This document shows, piece after piece, positions 59,921-64,000 of a stretch of 64,000 nucleotides of DNA. Source of the stretch: Promethearchaeota archaeon (GTDB taxonomy: Archaea; Asgardarchaeota; Lokiarchaeia; Sigyniarchaeales; SOKP01). The stretch lies in NCBI GenBank assembly GCA_030599585.1, contig JAUVNS010000014.1, forward strand, positions 32,001 through 96,000, read 5' to 3'. Every line of letters begins with the position of its first letter. The stretch's first letter is position 1. The notes below the pieces were generated by a model, which was given only the letters and a program-made list of their open reading frames with translations, made no database searches and had not been told where the DNA came from. The translations under genes were made by a program, and so were the position numbers.

Positions 59921-61861
59921 ATGAGCGATTTTCAACAATTCCTATCAGATAAGAGAATAATTACAAACCTAATAAAACATTATAGAATCGATTTAAAAGA
60001 TAAAGAAATAAACGATTTTATCCATAATTCGATCGAACATTTAACTAAGATTGATTCAAAAGAAAGTAAACATGAAAAAGAAAAGGATGATCTTAAAAAT
60101 GAACTGGATTCCATAGCACAGTTCTACGAAAAAACGGTCCCTCATAGCCAAAGAAAAACAACGGGCGAATTTTTTACTCCGATTCAAATAGTAGATTACA
60201 TATTAAAAAGTGTAGGATATACAGTCCGGCACGATATTGAATATAAGAAATTAATAGATTTAAGTTGTGGATCAGGGAGTTTTATAATTCGAGCAATTAA
60301 CATTTTAACAAAAAAACTAATAACACTCACCAATTCAAAAGAAACTGCAGAGTTGTCTGCTAAACAGGCGGAACAAATCATTAACAGCGTTAAAGATAAT
60401 ATATTCGGTATTGACATAAATCCAATTGCTTGTATTTTATGCCAAATCAACATCTACTTTACCCTCTTTAACCTCATTAAAATCATTATAAAAAATAACA
60501 AAGATTACGATGTACCCATTTTTAATATTGTCAACAATGATGCGCTCCAACTTAATTTTAATAATGAATACGACTATGTAGTAGGAAACCCTCCTTATAT
60601 ATTCATTCGAGCCATTCCGCAAGAGCGTAGAAATTTCATTGAAAAACTACCCTTGGAGACAAACAAGGGCCAGTATGACTATTATCAGATCTTTATTGAA
60701 TTAGGAATAAAATCATTAAAAAAAAACGGGGTACTCGGATACATTATCCCGGATTCTCTACTCGCGTTATCAAATCGCAAGATTCTAAGAAAATATATTT
60801 ATGACTCGACTAAGATAATCGAAATTTATTATAGCGGCCCTCAATTCGATAAACCTGTCGTTTCAAATATCATTCTTACTTTGGAAAAAGAATCAGATGA
60901 AATAAAAAGAAAAAATAATCAAATTAAAATTAAATTTCCATTAAACCAATCTCAAGCGGATAAGATAATCTTTCAAAATTTAATAAAAACCTGGGATTAC
61001 GAATTTTTAATAAATTTAAACGAAACAGATATCAGAATTCTTGATCATCTCAATACTAATTTCCCCCGGCTAGAAGAGTTAATAGAAAGCTCTGAGTTTG
61101 ATATTAGATTGAGCAGAGGTGTTGAATTAGGAAAAGAGGGTAAGGTCATTTTTTGTGATAACTGTAATAAATATTATCCCCTTCCAAGTAAAGATTTAAA
61201 ATGCCCGGAGTGTATGTCAATTCTCAAAAATAATTCTCTAGAAAAGATAGTATTAGATGAGATTCCAGATGGACTTGAATCCGATTTCAGGCCGTTTATT
61301 TATTCAATGAATAGATACATCGTAAATGAATTAAAATATATAAATATGACCAAACAGGGCATTAACTACAAGGACCTGGAGATATACAAAAATCGAATCG
61401 TAATCCGGCAGTTAAGCCAAGATAATCTGATTTGCGCAAGTTATGATGATAATTCCGTAACTTCTCAATCGTTCTACAATCTAAAAATTAAGAGTTCTTC
61501 AGTTCCAGAATTTAATAATTTATATGTCTTGGGTCTTTTAAATTCAAGGCTTTTATCTTATTTCTTTGTTAAATCGTTTGGTTCTTACAAAAAATTGTTT
61601 CCACGAATTCTTATAGAAAAACTAAGGAAATTGCCATTAAAAGTGCCTAACACTACCGTTGAAAAGAAATTAGCTCAAAATTTAACTGATAACATAAAGA
61701 AAATTCTTAAAAGTATAAAGTCTAATAAAAACTCAATACCAAATCTTCAAAGAGTTTCAGATTCACTCGTATTTGAGTTATATCACATAAATGATACCGA
61801 TCGTAATTACATCATTAACTTTATAGAAATTTTAAGAAATAATTTAAAAAAAAGTTATTAA
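59921..61861 (+). CDS. N6-adenine DNA methyltransferase, gamma class, with TaqI-like C-terminal target recognition domain
   Basis: GEFFTP, DLSCGSGSF, GIDIN, VGNPPY, YVLGLLNSRL, LRKLP. Confidence 0.9.
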   Translation: MSDFQQFLSDKRIITNLIKHYRIDLKDKEINDFIHNSIEHLTKIDSKESKHEKEKDDLKNELDSIAQFYEKTVPHSQRKTTGEFFTPIQIVDYILKSVGYTVRHDIEYKKLIDLSCGSGSFIIRAINILTKKLITLTNSKETAELSAKQAEQIINSVKDNIFGIDINPIACILCQINIYFTLFNLIKIIIKNNKDYDVPIFNIVNNDALQLNFNNEYDYVVGNPPYIFIRAIPQERRNFIEKLPLETNKGQYDYYQIFIELGIKSLKKNGVLGYIIPDSLLALSNRKILRKYIYDSTKIIEIYYSGPQFDKPVVSNIILTLEKESDEIKRKNNQIKIKFPLNQSQADKIIFQNLIKTWDYEFLINLNETDIRILDHLNTNFPRLEELIESSEFDIRLSRGVELGKEGKVIFCDNCNKYYPLPSKDLKCPECMSILKNNSLEKIVLDEIPDGLESDFRPFIYSMNRYIVNELKYINMTKQGINYKDLEIYKNRIVIRQLSQDNLICASYDDNSVTSQSFYNLKIKSSSVPEFNNLYVLGLLNSRLLSYFFVKSFGSYKKLFPRILIEKLRKLPLKVPNTTVEKKLAQNLTDNIKKILKSIKSNKNSIPNLQRVSDSLVFELYHINDTDRNYIINFIEILRNNLKKSY

Positions 61862-61875
61862 AATTATTTGATAAG

Positions 61876-63999
61876 TTAGGTTAAAGCATCCTTTACTTTT
61901 CCAATAACTTTGGCATAATAGCTTATTGCGCTTTTTAAATTGCCATCGTCCCATAGCTCTTGAGCCTTATCAAAATAAACTAAAGCTTTATCGAGATGTC
62001 TATTACTTTCCCCTAATAGTAATGATTCAGCTTCAAGTATTTTCAGATATGTAACATCATCAATATTGCTCATGAGCGATTCAATTATACTTGAAGTGGA
62101 AAGGCCATTATCTTCAGCATCTAACAAATTTACGACAACTTCAATAAGTTTATAAAATGAGCTTGCAAGTAGACTTTTGTTTGCTTGATCAATAGCGAGT
62201 AATAACATTTGTTCGGCTTGTTCTAAATCAAATAAAGCCTGGTCTGGAATTGGATATGACATTAAATCTTGAATTTCAGCTAGGCGATCATAAAGATCAC
62301 TAACAAACGATTCAACAATTAATTTAGTTCTCGCTTTCATTATATTTCTGAGCGAATTTTTGAAATACTTCACTGCTTCATCATATTCCTCCGATTCAAT
62401 CATCAAAAGTGCTGTATTGTAATCATCTATAGCTCGCAAAATAAACTTATTATCTTCACCAACGATATCAATTGTCCTTTCCATGACAAATTCAACAATA
62501 TATCGAGTTAGAAAAACTATAGAATCAGTGATTTCTTGAGTTTTGGCACCCAATTCTTCAGCATCCATCAAGAATCCAACTGCGTCTTTCACTTTGTCGT
62601 ATGCTTCATAGATCATTCCAGATTCAAACTTCTCTTTTGCTTGAGTCAAAGAGAGAATTGCTTGCTCAATTAAATGCTGAGAACTTTCTGGAACACCAAG
62701 AGTGATTAAAATATCAATGATTATTTCAAGATAATCACTTGGTAGAAAGAAATCTTGACCATCGTCCCATATAGGATAATTATCTATACTACCTGCTAAA
62801 CCCATGATATTATATGGCGTATCTCCAATACCATCGTCATTGGCATCCACACCAGTGTAGTCGTCCCAGTAATTACCAAGCGTCCCGTTATCCCAGAAAA
62901 TGTTCATGCCGTCATCAATTGCATTAAAATCAGTATTTCCAATAAAAACATTATTATAAATATAATATTCATTATAAGATGGTGTATTAACATGAATTCC
63001 CAGTGTATTATTGATAATCAGATTCTCAGTTATTATATTATATCTGGAGTTATCGCTACAGATCCATATTCCAGTGTGTTGTGAACTTATAATATTCTCC
63101 CGTATTATATTGTAACTACTATTTCTTTCAATATAAAACCCATAAAAACCGTAATGGTCATCTGGAACGGTAATTATGTTTCCAGAAATGAAGTTATAAT
63201 GGCTACCAGTCAAATCAATCCCTTCTCCTTCTATCAAAATGTTTGATAAGATAGTATTATTATCACTCTCCGCTAATACAATACCGGTTCCCCACCATGA
63301 ATGATTAAGATAATTCCCACTTATTAAAACGTTATTCGAATGAGATAGTATGATTCCCCCTGAAGCAAATTGATGGATTGTATTATTTAATATTGAGATT
63401 TTACTATAGCAATATCTTATAATTATACCATAATCATCATTTGTACGGATTTCATTATCTGAAACCTCAGTATCAAAACATTCATGCAAGTAAATGCCTA
63501 CTTTACGATGTTCTTCCATAAAATTCCCTGTTATAAGAGATTCTCCACAAGAATAAATTGCGATTCCATTAAAATTGTCAGATAAGCAATTATTGGAGAT
63601 AGTGTTGTTGATTCCATTTTCTATGTAAATCCCATCTCCATTATTATTGCTAATGTAGTTTCCAGTAATGATATTATTATCACTCCATTCTAAATAGATC
63701 CCTGAGTTTATGTTGTTAGATATGATATTATTTGAAATAATATTATAATGACAATAATGCATGAATATTCCCTCTATTTGGTTATTCTCAATAGTATTTC
63801 CCAATATTTCAGTACCATTAACAACTTCTAGAATAATTCCCTCGCCATTATTACATATGGTATTATTGGATACTAAACTGTAAGAAAAAATGTCGTGAAG
63901 TACTAAACTTCCGTATTCATTATTACAAATATTATTACCAATAATGAAATAATAATCTCCTTCACTTGCTACAGTTGCTTCGAAATTACCAGTAATAAT
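61876..63999 (-). CDS. Parallel beta-helix (NosD/CASH) protein with C-terminal helical-repeat domain; start lies beyond the right window edge
   Basis: NxIxxNxIxxN..GI repeats, GNYWDDY.G.DANDDGIGDTPY..DNYP; frame open to 63999. Confidence 0.85.
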   Translation of the reverse strand: MITGNFEATVASEGDYYFIIGNNICNNEYGSLVLHDIFSYSLVSNNTICNNGEGIILEVVNGTEILGNTIENNQIEGIFMHYCHYNIISNNIISNNINSGIYLEWSDNNIITGNYISNNNGDGIYIENGINNTISNNCLSDNFNGIAIYSCGESLITGNFMEEHRKVGIYLHECFDTEVSDNEIRTNDDYGIIIRYCYSKISILNNTIHQFASGGIILSHSNNVLISGNYLNHSWWGTGIVLAESDNNTILSNILIEGEGIDLTGSHYNFISGNIITVPDDHYGFYGFYIERNSSYNIIRENIISSQHTGIWICSDNSRYNIITENLIINNTLGIHVNTPSYNEYYIYNNVFIGNTDFNAIDDGMNIFWDNGTLGNYWDDYTGVDANDDGIGDTPYNIMGLAGSIDNYPIWDDGQDFFLPSDYLEIIIDILITLGVPESSQHLIEQAILSLTQAKEKFESGMIYEAYDKVKDAVGFLMDAEELGAKTQEITDSIVFLTRYIVEFVMERTIDIVGEDNKFILRAIDDYNTALLMIESEEYDEAVKYFKNSLRNIMKARTKLIVESFVSDLYDRLAEIQDLMSYPIPDQALFDLEQAEQMLLLAIDQANKSLLASSFYKLIEVVVNLLDAEDNGLSTSSIIESLMSNIDDVTYLKILEAESLLLGESNRHLDKALVYFDKAQELWDDGNLKSAISYYAKVIGKVKDALT

Positions 64000-64000
64000 A

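Noticed and set aside
1-64000. CRISPR arrays, rRNA, IS elements, integrases, prophage genes
   Set aside because: No spaced repeats, rRNA-like GC-rich tracts or recombinase/transposase motifs seen

Overview
AT-rich (roughly 30% GC by eye), gene-dense archaeal DNA, most consistent with an Asgard archaeon of the Lokiarchaeia type. The assignment is inferred from an archaeal Nre with a PIP box, GGTGA ribosome-binding motifs, oligo-T terminators, a gelsolin-domain protein, three longin-like fusion proteins and an LRR protein. Contents from left to right: a sulfotransferase plus two homocitrate-synthase-like enzymes; transporters; an uncharacterised Fe-S pair; amidohydrolases; nre; a higher-GC island of three MDR oxidoreductases; stress and redox genes; a two-component pair; MoxR-vWA; a complete tupABC-moaC/A/D/E-moeA-moaB-moeA tungsten/molybdopterin operon; a radical SAM gene flanked by a duplicated gene end; a kinase plus two coiled-coil/winged-helix proteins; a P1B ATPase; tRNA-Leu(CAG); a TPR-longin protein; gelsolin plus a membrane microprotein; a non-pyrrolysine MttB/corrinoid/PLP-lyase module; two 7TM-longin proteins; a solitary N6-adenine methyltransferase; and a truncated beta-helix protein. 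No rRNA, CRISPR array or transposase was seen. Most notable: the tandem 7TM-longin receptor-like pair, the kinase plus coiled-coil/WH pair, several genes that appear to start at ATA/ATC, two scars where an old gene 3' end was left behind, and small ORFs missed by the ORF track. All calls come from motif recognition by eye; no searches were run.
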